Made by a program: the position numbers and the translations under genes. Of a stretch of DNA of 24,000 nucleotides, positions 7,581 through 15,737 are shown piece by piece. Position 1 is the first letter of the stretch; each line of letters opens with the position of its first letter. The stretch lies in assembly GCF_011393335.1 (NCBI RefSeq), contig NZ_CP049865.1:1172722-1196721 (forward strand), given 5' to 3'. Source of the DNA: Propioniciclava coleopterorum. GTDB taxonomy: Bacteria; Actinomycetota; Actinomycetes; Propionibacteriales; Propionibacteriaceae. Below the pieces are notes generated by a model. It was not told where the DNA came from and searched no databases. It saw only the letters and a list, made by a program, of their open reading frames with translations.

Positions 7581-8356
7581 ATGAACCGCACGTATCACGA
7601 GAACAACGACTTCGACCCCGACCCCCGCTCGCAGCGCGGCCCCGCGGCCGTCGTGGCGGGCCCCGCGGCGGCGCCCCGTTCGGCGGCCCCCGCTTCGACG
7701 CCGACGCGCCCGGCCGGAGCTTCGGCCCGCGCTCCGCTCCCGACTTCCCGGCCCCGCCGGAGCCGCAGCGACCGTTCCGCGGCCCCCGCGGCGAGGCCTT
7801 CGACCCCGACCTGGACGGCCCCCGCGGCCCCGGTGGCCCGCGCGGCCGTGGCGGACGCCGCGGTCACGGCCCCCGCGGCGGACGGGCCGGACGCGGCGAC
7901 GTCCGCGTCACCATCCTGCGGCTGCTGAGCGAGGAGCCCATGCACGGCTACCAGCTCATGCAGACGATCTCCGAGCGCTCCCACGGCCGCTGGACGCCGA
8001 GCGCCGGCGCCGTCTACCCGACGCTGTCCGCGCTCGCCGACGAGGGTCTGATCACCCTGGTGGAGACGGACGGCCGCAAGCTGGCCACCCTCACCGAGGC
8101 GGGCACCGCGCACGTCGAGCAGCACCGGGCGGACTGGGCCGACCCCTTCGCCGACGCCGAGGCGTCCGAGGGGCCCGAACTGCCCGCCCTCATGCACGAA
8201 CTGCACGGCGCCGTCCGGCACGCCGCGCAGGCGGCGACCGGCGCCCAGCGCGTCCGGATCGGCGAGATCCTCGCCCAGGCGCGCAAGGACGTCTACGCGG
8301 CCCTGGCGGGCGGCGAGGACGACACCGCGACCCCCGGCCCCGGCGACGCCTCCTGA
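7581..8356 (+). pseudogene. PadR-family transcriptional regulator with a long Gly/Arg/Pro-rich N-terminal extension; frameshifted as assembled (one base missing near 7640-7643)
   Basis: ATG 7581 has a good SD (GAAAGGA) and high-GC3 codons (MNRTYHENNDFDPDPRSQRGP). The PadR wHTH (VRVTILRLLSEEPMHGYQLMQTISERSHGRWTPSAGAVYPTLSALADEGLI) lies in the -1 frame, which has no ATG/GTG/TTG start codon between GTG 7547 and the wHTH. Span length is 776 = 3n+2, so adding one C to the C4 run restores one 258-aa ORF. Confidence 0.75.
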
Positions 8357-8377
8357 CCCCTCCCGGAGCACAGCGGT

Positions 8378-8407
8378 GCCCCGCCGACGTGGACGCGTCG
8401 GCGGGGC
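8378..8407. terminator. Bidirectional terminator between the convergent padR and ABC ATPase genes
   Basis: GCCCCGCCGACG (8378-8389) is perfectly complementary to CGTCGGCGGGGC (8396-8407), with a 6-nt loop. Confidence 0.75.
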
Positions 8408-8447
8408 ATCGCCATCTCCGGTCCCGCCTCGCTCGGGGACCAGGCTC

Positions 8448-9569
8448 TCAGGCCGGCAGCAGCCAGCCGCGGTCGCGCGGGAAGTCGACCTCGACGAGCT
8501 CGTCCTCGGCCAGGATCCCGTCCGGGTCCGGGTCGGAGACGACCGCGATGATCGTCCCGGCGTCGGTGTCGATCTCGTACTCCACCACCGAGCCGTAGAA
8601 CACCGCCCGCAGGACGCGCCCGCGGCTGCCCGTGACCAGCTCGCCCTCCGGGGCGTCCACCGAGCTGCGGCGCAGGTGCACCGACTCCGGACGCACCAGC
8701 ACGACGTGCGAGGACGCCGCCGCGGCCCCGGCTGCGGCGTTGAGCTCGCGCTGGCTGCCCAGCACGTCGACGCGGGCCCGGTCCCCCAGCACGGTGACGC
8801 CGGCCGGGTCGAGGAAGTTGGCCGACCCGATGAAGTCCGCGACGAACACCGTGGCGGGCCGCCGGTAGATCTCGTCGGGGGTGCCGATCTGCTCGATCCG
8901 GCCCTTGTTCATGACCACGATCCGGTCCGAGAGCGACATCGCCTCGTCCTGGTCGTGGGTGACGTAGAGCGCGGTGATCCCCAGCTTCTGCTGCAGGTTG
9001 CGGATCTCGGTGCGCATCTGGACGCGCAGCTTGGCGTCCAGGTTCGACAGCGGCTCGTCGAACAGCAGCACCTTGGGCCGCATCACCATGGCGCGGGCCA
9101 GGGCGACGCGCTGCTGCTGGCCGCCCGAGAGCTGGTTGGGCGCGCGGTTGGCGAGCTTGACCAGGTCCATGGACGTCAGCGCACTGTCGACGGCCTCGTC
9201 GATCGCGGCCTTGGTCATCTTCTGCAGCTTCAGCCCGTAGGCCACGTTGTCGCGCACCGACAGGTGCGGGAACAGCGCGTAGCTCTGGAACACCATCGAC
9301 ATCGGACGCTTGTCGGGGGTCAGCCGCGTCATGTCGGCGCCGTCGAGCAGGATGTCGCCCGACGTCGGCGTCTCGAAGCCCGCGACCATGCGCAGCGTCG
9401 TCGTCTTGCCGCAGCCCGAGGGGCCCAGCAGCGTGACGAACTCGCCGGGCTCGGTCTCCAGGTTGATCCCGTCGACGGCGCGGGTGGCGCCGTCGCGGCC
9501 CTGGAACTCCTTGACGAGGTCCTTGAGGACGATCCGGCCGGAATCGTGGTGGCGGTCGGTGTTGGTCAT
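8448..9569 (-). CDS. ABC importer ATP-binding protein (FbpC/PotA-like, with C-terminal TOBE-type regulatory domain)
   Basis: 373 aa starting at MTNTDRHH. Motifs are Walker A GPSGCGKTT, signature LSGGQQQRVALARA, Walker B VLLFDEPLS and H-loop YVTHDQ. The start ATG overlaps the permease stop as ATGA (9566-9569). The rest of the 841-aa track ORF is out-of-frame overlap. Confidence 0.9.
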   Translation of the reverse strand: MTNTDRHHDSGRIVLKDLVKEFQGRDGATRAVDGINLETEPGEFVTLLGPSGCGKTTTLRMVAGFETPTSGDILLDGADMTRLTPDKRPMSMVFQSYALFPHLSVRDNVAYGLKLQKMTKAAIDEAVDSALTSMDLVKLANRAPNQLSGGQQQRVALARAMVMRPKVLLFDEPLSNLDAKLRVQMRTEIRNLQQKLGITALYVTHDQDEAMSLSDRIVVMNKGRIEQIGTPDEIYRRPATVFVADFIGSANFLDPAGVTVLGDRARVDVLGSQRELNAAAGAAAASSHVVLVRPESVHLRRSSVDAPEGELVTGSRGRVLRAVFYGSVVEYEIDTDAGTIIAVVSDPDPDGILAEDELVEVDFPRDRGWLLPA

Positions 9570-11329
9570 GCTCCGGCTCCAATCTGGGTGCGGACGTCGT
9601 TGCGACCCCGCAGCAAAAGGCTCATGACGCCCATCACCGTGACGACGATCAGCAGCAGCAGGACGCAGAACGCGAACGCGTTGCCGAAGCGCCCGGCGTC
9701 CACCTCGGCGAGGATCTGCTTGGTCATGATCTTGGTGGAGGGCGTGGTGATGAAGATGATCGGCGACAGCGTGGTCATCGACCGCGCGAACGCGTAGATC
9801 AGGCCCGCGAGGAACGCCGGGCGGATGAGCGGCAGGGTGATGGTGCGGAACGTGGTGAAGCTCTCCGCGCCCAGGGACGCCGCCGCCTCGTCGATCGACG
9901 GGTCGATCTGCTGCAGCGCCGCGATGCCGGAGCGCTGCCCCGAGGGGAGCGACCGGATGATGTAGACCATCACGATCGCCATGGCGCCGCCGAAGATCGC
10001 CGCGCCGCCGCCCAGGGCCGGCAGCAACTGGAAGGTCGTCCCACCGATGGTGAACCGCAGCGGGGTGTTGAACGCGATGGCGTACCCGATGCCGACGACG
10101 GTGCCGGGGACGGCCAGGCCGAGCATGCCGAGGAAGTCGAGCAGGCCCGAGCCGCGCTTGACTTTGCGGACGATCAGCCAGGCCATCACCATGCCGAGCA
10201 GGCCGGCGATCGGCGTCGCGATCAGGGCCAGCATCGTGGTGTCGACGATCGACTCGTTGCCGATGCCGCTCAGCACGTAGCGGAAGTTGTCGAGGGTGAA
10301 CTCGTTGTTCACGCCGAGGATCTTGGTGAACGCGCCCACGATGACGGTGAGGTAGATGCCCGCGACCAGCGCGAGGATCACCACGCCGGCGATCAGCAGC
10401 GGGATGCGGCCGGCCGGGTCGGTGATGAGGCGCGGCTTGCCGGCGGGCTTGCCCGTCACCGTCACGGTGCTGCTGCGGCTGACCCAGTACTGCTGGATCA
10501 CGAACACCAGCAGGGCCGGCATCAGCAGCACCAGCGAGTAGGCGGCGCCCGCGGCGACGTCGTACTCGCCCGTGATCGCGATGAAGGCGCGCGACGCCAG
10601 CACGGTGTAGTCGCCGCCGATGACCAGCGGGTTGGCCAGGTCGGCGATCGCCTCGACGAACAGCAGCAGGAACGACGCCGCGAACCCGGGCACCATCAGC
10701 GGGAGCGTGACCTTCCAGAAGGTCTGCCAACCGGACGCCCCCAGGTTGGAGGACGCGTCGTCCAGGGCGGGGTCGAGGTTCTCGAGCATGCCCTTGAAGT
10801 TCATGTACGCGACGGGGAAGAACGACAGCACCAGCACCAGCGTCAGCCCGGGCAGGCCGTAGATGTTGGTCTCCAGCCCGAGGATGCCGTGGGTGATGAT
10901 GCCGCGGCGTCCCAGCAGCGTGATGACGGCCGTCGCGACCGCGAACGGCGGCGAGACCACCGGGAGCAGGCACAGGATGTGGAAGATCTTCTTGCCCCTG
11001 AAGTCGACCTTGACCTGGATGTACGCCAGCAGGAAGCCCAGCAGCGTCCCCAGGAGGCCGACGAGGATGCCCAGCACGAAGGTGTTGAGCACGATCTGCC
11101 GGTTGACCACCGAGGTGACGACCGAGGTCATCACCTTCACGCCCTCCGGGCTGAACGCCTGCCCGAAGATGGCGGCCAGCGGGTAGAGGATCAGGATCGC
11201 CAGCACGACCAGGACCACGGCAACCACGACGACCGTGGACACGTCCAGGGCCTTGCGGCGCCCGCGGGCGCGGGGCGTCCGGGCGGTGGGCACCAGGGCG
11301 GCCTCGGCCGCCGGGTTGCTCATGGCCAT
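9566..11329 (-). CDS. ABC importer permease, fused double transmembrane domain (FbpB/ThiP-like architecture)
   Basis: 587 aa and highly hydrophobic. It has two EAA-loop motifs (LDDASSNLGASGWQTFWKVTLPL and IDEAAASLGAESFTTFRTITLPL), indicating a duplicated BPD-type permease. Confidence 0.85.
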   Translation of the reverse strand: MAMSNPAAEAALVPTARTPRARGRRKALDVSTVVVVAVVLVVLAILILYPLAAIFGQAFSPEGVKVMTSVVTSVVNRQIVLNTFVLGILVGLLGTLLGFLLAYIQVKVDFRGKKIFHILCLLPVVSPPFAVATAVITLLGRRGIITHGILGLETNIYGLPGLTLVLVLSFFPVAYMNFKGMLENLDPALDDASSNLGASGWQTFWKVTLPLMVPGFAASFLLLFVEAIADLANPLVIGGDYTVLASRAFIAITGEYDVAAGAAYSLVLLMPALLVFVIQQYWVSRSSTVTVTGKPAGKPRLITDPAGRIPLLIAGVVILALVAGIYLTVIVGAFTKILGVNNEFTLDNFRYVLSGIGNESIVDTTMLALIATPIAGLLGMVMAWLIVRKVKRGSGLLDFLGMLGLAVPGTVVGIGYAIAFNTPLRFTIGGTTFQLLPALGGGAAIFGGAMAIVMVYIIRSLPSGQRSGIAALQQIDPSIDEAAASLGAESFTTFRTITLPLIRPAFLAGLIYAFARSMTTLSPIIFITTPSTKIMTKQILAEVDAGRFGNAFAFCVLLLLIVVTVMGVMSLLLRGRNDVRTQIGAGA

Positions 11330-11334
11330 GGTGG

Positions 11335-12410
11335 TTACGACTTCGGCTGGGCGGCGACCTCGGCGTCGAAGCGCGCGGTGAGCTGCTTCTTGGCCGCGGC
11401 GGCCTTCTCGAAGTTGTAGTCGACGAGCTTGATGGTGCTCAGGTCCACCATGCGCGGGTCGGACTTCGCCTTCGGGTTGGTGTGGAGCTGGTAGGAGCCG
11501 ACCGTCGGGCCGATCTCCTGCGCCTCGGCCGACAGCGCCCAGTTGGCGTAGGCCTTGGCGGCGGCGTTGTTCGGGCCGCCCTTGACGACGGCGACGCCGC
11601 CGACCTCGTAGCCGGTGCCCTCCTTGGGGAACGACACCTCCAGGTCGGTCATGCCGCGCTCCTTGTACAGGACGCAGTCGTGGCTGAAGACCAGGCCCAC
11701 GGCCGCCTCGCCGCGCCCGGCGATCTGGCCCGGGGCGGTGCCGGACTTGGTGTACTGCAGCACGTTGGAGTGCATCTTCTTCATGAACTCGAGGCCCTGG
11801 TCCTCACCGCCGCGCAGGACGACCTGCGTCCACAGCGTCGTGAAGGCCGTGCCGGAGGTCGACGGGTGCGCGGTGGAGACCTGCGACTTCAGCTTGGGGT
11901 CGAGCAGCGCGTCCCAGGAGGTCGGGATCTCGACGCCCTTCTCCTTCAGCACCTTGGCGTTGGAGCAGAACCCCAGGGCGCCGACGTAGACGCCGTTCCA
12001 GAAGCCGTTGGCGTCCTTGTACTTGTCGGGGATCTGCGCGGCGTTCTCGGGGTGTACTTCTCCAGCAGATCCTGGCCGGCCGCGGCGCCGTAGCCGTCGG
12101 CGGGGCCGCCGTGCCAGACGTCGAACTCGGGGGCGGCCTTGGACGCCGCGAGGCGCGCCACGGTCTCACCCGAGGAGAGCCGGACGAACGAGGTCTGGAC
12201 GCCGGTCTTGGCGGTGAAGGCCTTGGTCCACGCGTCGCAGACCTCCTCCATCGCGCCGCAGGCGACGGTGAGCTTGCCGCTGAGGGCGGCGGTGCCCTGG
12301 CCGCCGGTGGCGGCGGGGCTCGCGGTCGGGCTGGTGTCGACGACGCAGCCGCCGAGGCTGAGGGCCAGCGCCGCGGCGCCCGCGACGACTCCCCATGAAC
12401 GCTTGATCAT
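11335..12410 (-). pseudogene. ABC importer substrate-binding lipoprotein (FbpA/AfuA/PotD-type fold); frameshifted as assembled (one base missing at G4 run 12049-12052)
   Basis: The N-terminal fragment has a signal peptide plus lipobox (MIKRSWGVVAGAAALALSLGGC) and reads sensibly up to ...GQDLLEKYTP. The sequence continues sensibly in the -1 frame (ENAAQIPDKYKDANGFWNGVYVGALGFCSNAKVLKEKGVEIP...). Span is 1076 = 3n+2, and one extra C on the coding strand gives one 358-aa ORF. Confidence 0.8.
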
Positions 12411-12527
12411 GTGAACGACTCCCTTGACGATCGAGGCCCGACGGTGGGCCTGCTTCAGCGTAGGAGCGGCGCCGCGGCGGCCGGAACGGGCCGGGAAGCG
12501 GCGAACATCACGCTTCCGTGATGCTTG

Positions 12528-13235
12528 TCACGGACGGCGCCCCGCGGTGACGAAACGGTAACCGCGGCCGTGCTCGGTGGCGATGCAGGGCTCCGCGCCG
12601 GCGTCCTCGATCTTGCCCCGGAGCCGGTAGATGGCGGTCCGCAGCGCCGCCCGGCCGCCCCACCGGTCGCTGTCGTGGCCGATCGCCTCGAGCAGCCGAT
12701 CGGTGGCCACCAGCGTCCCCACCTCGTCGGTGAGCAGCCACAGCAGCCGGAACTCCGAGGGGGTCAGGTGCAGGTCGCGCTCGCCGCGGCGTCCCATCGA
12801 CAGGGCGGCGTCCAGGGTCAGGTCGCCGACCCGCCGGCGCGTCCCGACCACCTTGGCGGGCTCCCGGTGCGACGTCCACCGCAGGATCGCCCCGACCCGC
12901 AGCACCAGTTCCCGCGGGCTGAACGGCTTGGCCAGGTAGTCGTCGGCGCCGGCCTCCAGGCCCTCGACGCGGTCGGCGGCGGCGTCCTTGGCGGTGAGGA
13001 GGATCACCGGCACCGACGCGTGCTCGCGGATCCGCTGGCACAGCTCGAGCCCGCTGGTGCCCGGCATCATGACGTCGAGGACGACCAGCGCGATCGCCTC
13101 CTCCTGCAGGACGCGCCAGGCGCGCTCGGCGTCCGGCGCGGTGCGGACCTCGTAGCCGGCGGCGCCGAGCGCGAGTTCGAGCATGGCGACCATGCGCGGC
13201 TCGTCGTCGACGACCAGGACGGTCTGGCTGCTCAT
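12528..13235 (-). CDS. OmpR/PhoB-family response regulator
   Basis: 235 aa starting at MSSQTVLVVDDE. It has a receiver domain (phospho-acceptor context VVLDVMMPG, conserved K in LAKPF) and a winged-helix C-terminus (LTPSEFRLLWLL...GRGYRF). The start ATG overlaps the kinase stop as ATGA (13232-13235). Confidence 0.9.
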   Translation of the reverse strand: MSSQTVLVVDDEPRMVAMLELALGAAGYEVRTAPDAERAWRVLQEEAIALVVLDVMMPGTSGLELCQRIREHASVPVILLTAKDAAADRVEGLEAGADDYLAKPFSPRELVLRVGAILRWTSHREPAKVVGTRRRVGDLTLDAALSMGRRGERDLHLTPSEFRLLWLLTDEVGTLVATDRLLEAIGHDSDRWGGRAALRTAIYRLRGKIEDAGAEPCIATEHGRGYRFVTAGRRP

Positions 13236-14059
13236 GCCGCGAGCCCCGCGTCGGCGGCCGGCTGCTGCCCGCGCCGCGGCAGGCTGCACAGGATCGTGGT
13301 CCCCACGTTGACGGCGGAGTCGACCAGGCAGCGGCCGCCGTGCAGTTCGACGATGCGACGTGTGATCAACATGCCCAATCCGTTCCCCGTCTCGCTCTTG
13401 CCCGCCAGCCCGCGGCGGAAGAGCTCGCGGGTCTGCACGGGGCTCATCCCCGTGCCGTCGTCGGTGACCACGATGAGCACTCCGTCCTCGTTGGGGCGCA
13501 CGGTGACCGCGATGCGCGCCTGCTCGCCGGCGTGCCGCGCCGCGTTGGTGATGAGGTTCGTCAGCGCCTGCCGGATCAGGTCCGGGTCGCCCATGATCCG
13601 CGGGGAGGCGCCGCGCGCCGACAGCGTGATCCGGTTGGGGTACAGGCTGCGCAGGTCCCGCACGACGCTGTTGGTGACCCGGCGCACGTCGACCGTCGTG
13701 GCCCGGAATGCGAACAGCTGCGCGTCGATCCTGGCGTCGGTGAGGAGGTCGGCGGCCAGCGCGAGCACCTCGGACGCCTTGACGTCGATGGTGTCCACCA
13801 GGTCGTGCTGGATGTCGGTCAGTTCACCGGCTGCCCGGTCCAGCAGCAGTTCGGCGGCCCCGCTGATGAGCGCGATCGGCGTCCGCAGCTCGTGGCTGAC
13901 GATCGCGACGCGGTCGGCGCGGTCCATCGCGAGCGCCCGCCAGCGCCGGTTCTCCTCGGCGAGCTCGTCGCGGCGCAGCCGCGCCCGCCGCAGCGTGACG
14001 AGCGCCCCCGCCAGCCCGAGCGCCAGCAGGGCCGCCAGCACCGCCAGGGCCTCATCCAT
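13232..14059 (-). CDS. Small sensor histidine kinase (single N-terminal TM helix, no extracytoplasmic or PAS/HAMP domain)
   Basis: 275 aa. A hydrophobic helix (ALAVLAALLALGLAGALVTL) occupies residues about 4-23 and is followed by a short coiled segment. Motifs are H-box VSHELRTP, N-box LITNAARH, and G-boxes DDGTGM and GNGLGM. An in-frame TAA lies 9 nt upstream of the ATG, so the N-terminus cannot be longer. Confidence 0.85.
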   Translation of the reverse strand: MDEALAVLAALLALGLAGALVTLRRARLRRDELAEENRRWRALAMDRADRVAIVSHELRTPIALISGAAELLLDRAAGELTDIQHDLVDTIDVKASEVLALAADLLTDARIDAQLFAFRATTVDVRRVTNSVVRDLRSLYPNRITLSARGASPRIMGDPDLIRQALTNLITNAARHAGEQARIAVTVRPNEDGVLIVVTDDGTGMSPVQTRELFRRGLAGKSETGNGLGMLITRRIVELHGGRCLVDSAVNVGTTILCSLPRRGQQPAADAGLAA

Positions 14060-14125
14060 GCGGTGAGGTTAGCGCCGCGGAACGCGGTTGCCGTGCGCCA
14101 CACCCGATCCGGGTCCGGCGACTCC

Positions 14126-14209
14126 GCGGGACGGCCCCGTCGCCGGCGCGTGCGGGACGCAGCGGCGGGAACTCAGCCGCGGGCGCGAGCGGGACGCAGC
14201 CGCGGGACG
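14126..14209 (-). repeat. Four direct copies of the 8-mer GCGGGACG (CGTCCCGC on the coding strand) upstream of the kinase gene
   Basis: Copies lie at 14126-14133, 14152-14159, 14189-14196 and 14202-14209. They sit inside longer exact 12-mers: GCGGGACGCAGC at 14152 and 14189, and CCGCGGGACGGC at 14124 and 14200. All lie in the 152-nt gap between the orphan gene stop and the kinase start. Confidence 0.6.
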
Positions 14210-14211
14210 GC

Positions 14212-14777
14212 TCAGTCGCGGGGCGTGAGCGGCACGTAGCGGCAGCGCTCCAGCAGCGGCAGCCCGGCCGCGGCGTCCTCGAGGCGGACGCGCAGCGCGT
14301 CCGCGTCGGGGCCGTAGAAGTAGAGCGCGGTCTCCAGCGGACCGGTCCAGTACGACCACAGCCGTCCGGTCTCGCCGACCGCCGCAGCGAGCGCGTCCAC
14401 GGTCGCCTGCAGGTCGCCGGCCGCGTAGACCTCGGGGTCGAGCCGCGTGCCGTTGAGGCGGACCGCCAGCCCGTCGAGGACGCCGAACGGCGCGGCCACG
14501 CCGTTGACGACGACCGCCGAGCCGCGCGGCAGCCCGCGCTCCAGGTCGAGGACCGCCGTGACGACCCGCTCGGCGTCCTGGGGGCCACCTCGAGGTGCGC
14601 GAGCACGGCGGCGGGCTCCCCGTGGGTGCCCACCTCGAGGCTCGAACCCAGCATCCGCGACGTGGGCGAGGTGTGGGTGAGCAGGTCGGCGAACAGCGCG
14701 TCGATGGCCTCGGGGAGTTGCGCCTCCTGCAGCCGCGCGTTGATCCGGACCGTGATCGGCAGCCCCTGTTGCGTCAT
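14212..14777 (-). pseudogene. Hypothetical cytosolic protein (about 188 aa, no recognisable family); frameshifted as assembled (one base missing at G5 run 14580-14584)
   Basis: The N-terminal part (MTQQGLPITVRINARLQEAQLPEAIDALFADLL...AAVLAHLEVAP) and the C-terminal part (PQDAERVVTAVLDLERGLPRG...LLERCRYVPLTPRD) are both high-GC3 but lie in adjacent frames. Span is 566 = 3n+2. The start codon is uncertain, with GTG 14795 as an alternative. Confidence 0.55.
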
Positions 14778-14924
14778 GGAACCATCCGACCACACCCCGC
14801 GCCGCCGCGTCGACCGGGGCCGAAGTCGGCGCGGGCGGAGGGCCGGGATCGGGGGCGACGGCGTCCTCGGCGCCGACGCATTGAGGCAGCACCCCACCCG
14901 GGGCGAGTGGGTGCCGGACTTAGG

Positions 14925-15737
14925 ATGCAAGGCGTGGAGTTCCTGGAACCGGTCCTGATCGGGCTCGCCGTCGGCCTCGTGGTCGGCGCCCTGGGCGCGG
15001 GCGGCGGCATCCTGTCGGTGCCGATCCTGGTCTACCTGCTGCACCAGGAGCCCCACAACGCGGCGGCGAGTTCCCTGGTCATCGTCGGGTTCACCGCCTG
15101 CACGAGCCTCATCTACCCCCTGCGTCGCGGGCTGATCCCGTGGGCGCGCTCGCTCGCCTTCGGCGGGGTCGCCGTGGTCGGCTCCCTGCTCGGATCCCGG
15201 CTGTCGCTGCTGGTCGACGGCACCCTGCTGATGCTGCTGTTCGGCGGCCTGCTGAGCGTCGTCGCGGTCGCGATGGCCGCCCAGGGCGTCCACAACCGCC
15301 GCCAGGAGAACAGCGGCGACCACTCCGACGAGCCGCTGACGCTGCCGAGCCCGTCGGCCCGGCTATGGGTCAAGACCGTCGCGGTCGGGTTGGCGACGGG
15401 CCTGCTGACCGGCTTCTTCGGGGTGGGCGGCGGCTTCATCGTGGTGCCGCTGCTCGTGCTGGTGCTGCGCGTCCCGATGCGGCGGGCCACCGCCATGTCG
15501 CTGGTGGCGATGATCCTCGCCTCCATGGCCGGCCTGGTGGGCCGGATCGGCACGGACGTCGCCATCGACTGGCCGCTCACCCTGCTCTTCACCGCCGGCA
15601 GCGCCGTCGGCGGTGTCCTCGGTGGGCCGCTCGCCGCGCGCGCCCGCCCCTCGACGCTCACCCTCGTCTTCGCGGCGCTGCTGGCCGGCGTCGCCGTCGT
15701 CACGCTGGTCAACACCCTCGGCGGGGCGCCCGCGTGA
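14925..15737 (+). CDS. TauE/SafE-family (DUF81) anion/sulfite-exporter-like membrane protein
   Basis: 270 aa with about 8 hydrophobic helices. It shows the duplicated Gly-rich motifs typical of the family (GALGAGGGILSVPILVYLL and GFFGVGGGFIVVPLLVLVL). Confidence 0.75.
   Translation: MQGVEFLEPVLIGLAVGLVVGALGAGGGILSVPILVYLLHQEPHNAAASSLVIVGFTACTSLIYPLRRGLIPWARSLAFGGVAVVGSLLGSRLSLLVDGTLLMLLFGGLLSVVAVAMAAQGVHNRRQENSGDHSDEPLTLPSPSARLWVKTVAVGLATGLLTGFFGVGGGFIVVPLLVLVLRVPMRRATAMSLVAMILASMAGLVGRIGTDVAIDWPLTLLFTAGSAVGGVLGGPLAARARPSTLTLVFAALLAGVAVVTLVNTLGGAPA

Noticed and set aside
7581-7928. 115-aa Ala/Pro-rich ORF from ATG 7581 as an independent small protein
   Set aside because: After about 20 codons its sequence becomes low-complexity, while the -1 frame becomes coding-like and leads into the PadR wHTH, which otherwise has no start codon. 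It is better explained as the 5' part of a frameshifted padR.
8448-10973. 841-aa ORF read as a single protein
   Set aside because: Only the C-terminal 373 aa (from ATG 9569) form the ABC ATPase. The upstream part overlaps the permease gene out of frame and is low-complexity.
12411-12527. Riboswitch (e.g. TPP) or iron-repressor box in the SBP leader
   Set aside because: No TPP core (CUGAGA...ACCUGAUCUGGAUAAUGCCAGCG-like) and no obvious AT-rich dyad are present. Only small overlapping hairpins (CATCAC/GTGATG, GGAAGCG/CGCTTCC) occur there, and these may be a weak terminator after the RR gene.
14889-14914. Bulged hairpin (GCACCCCAC / GTGGGTGC) 10 nt upstream of the TauE start
   Set aside because: It is an imperfect, short GC stem. 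It is not distinguishable from background secondary-structure potential in this GC-rich DNA.
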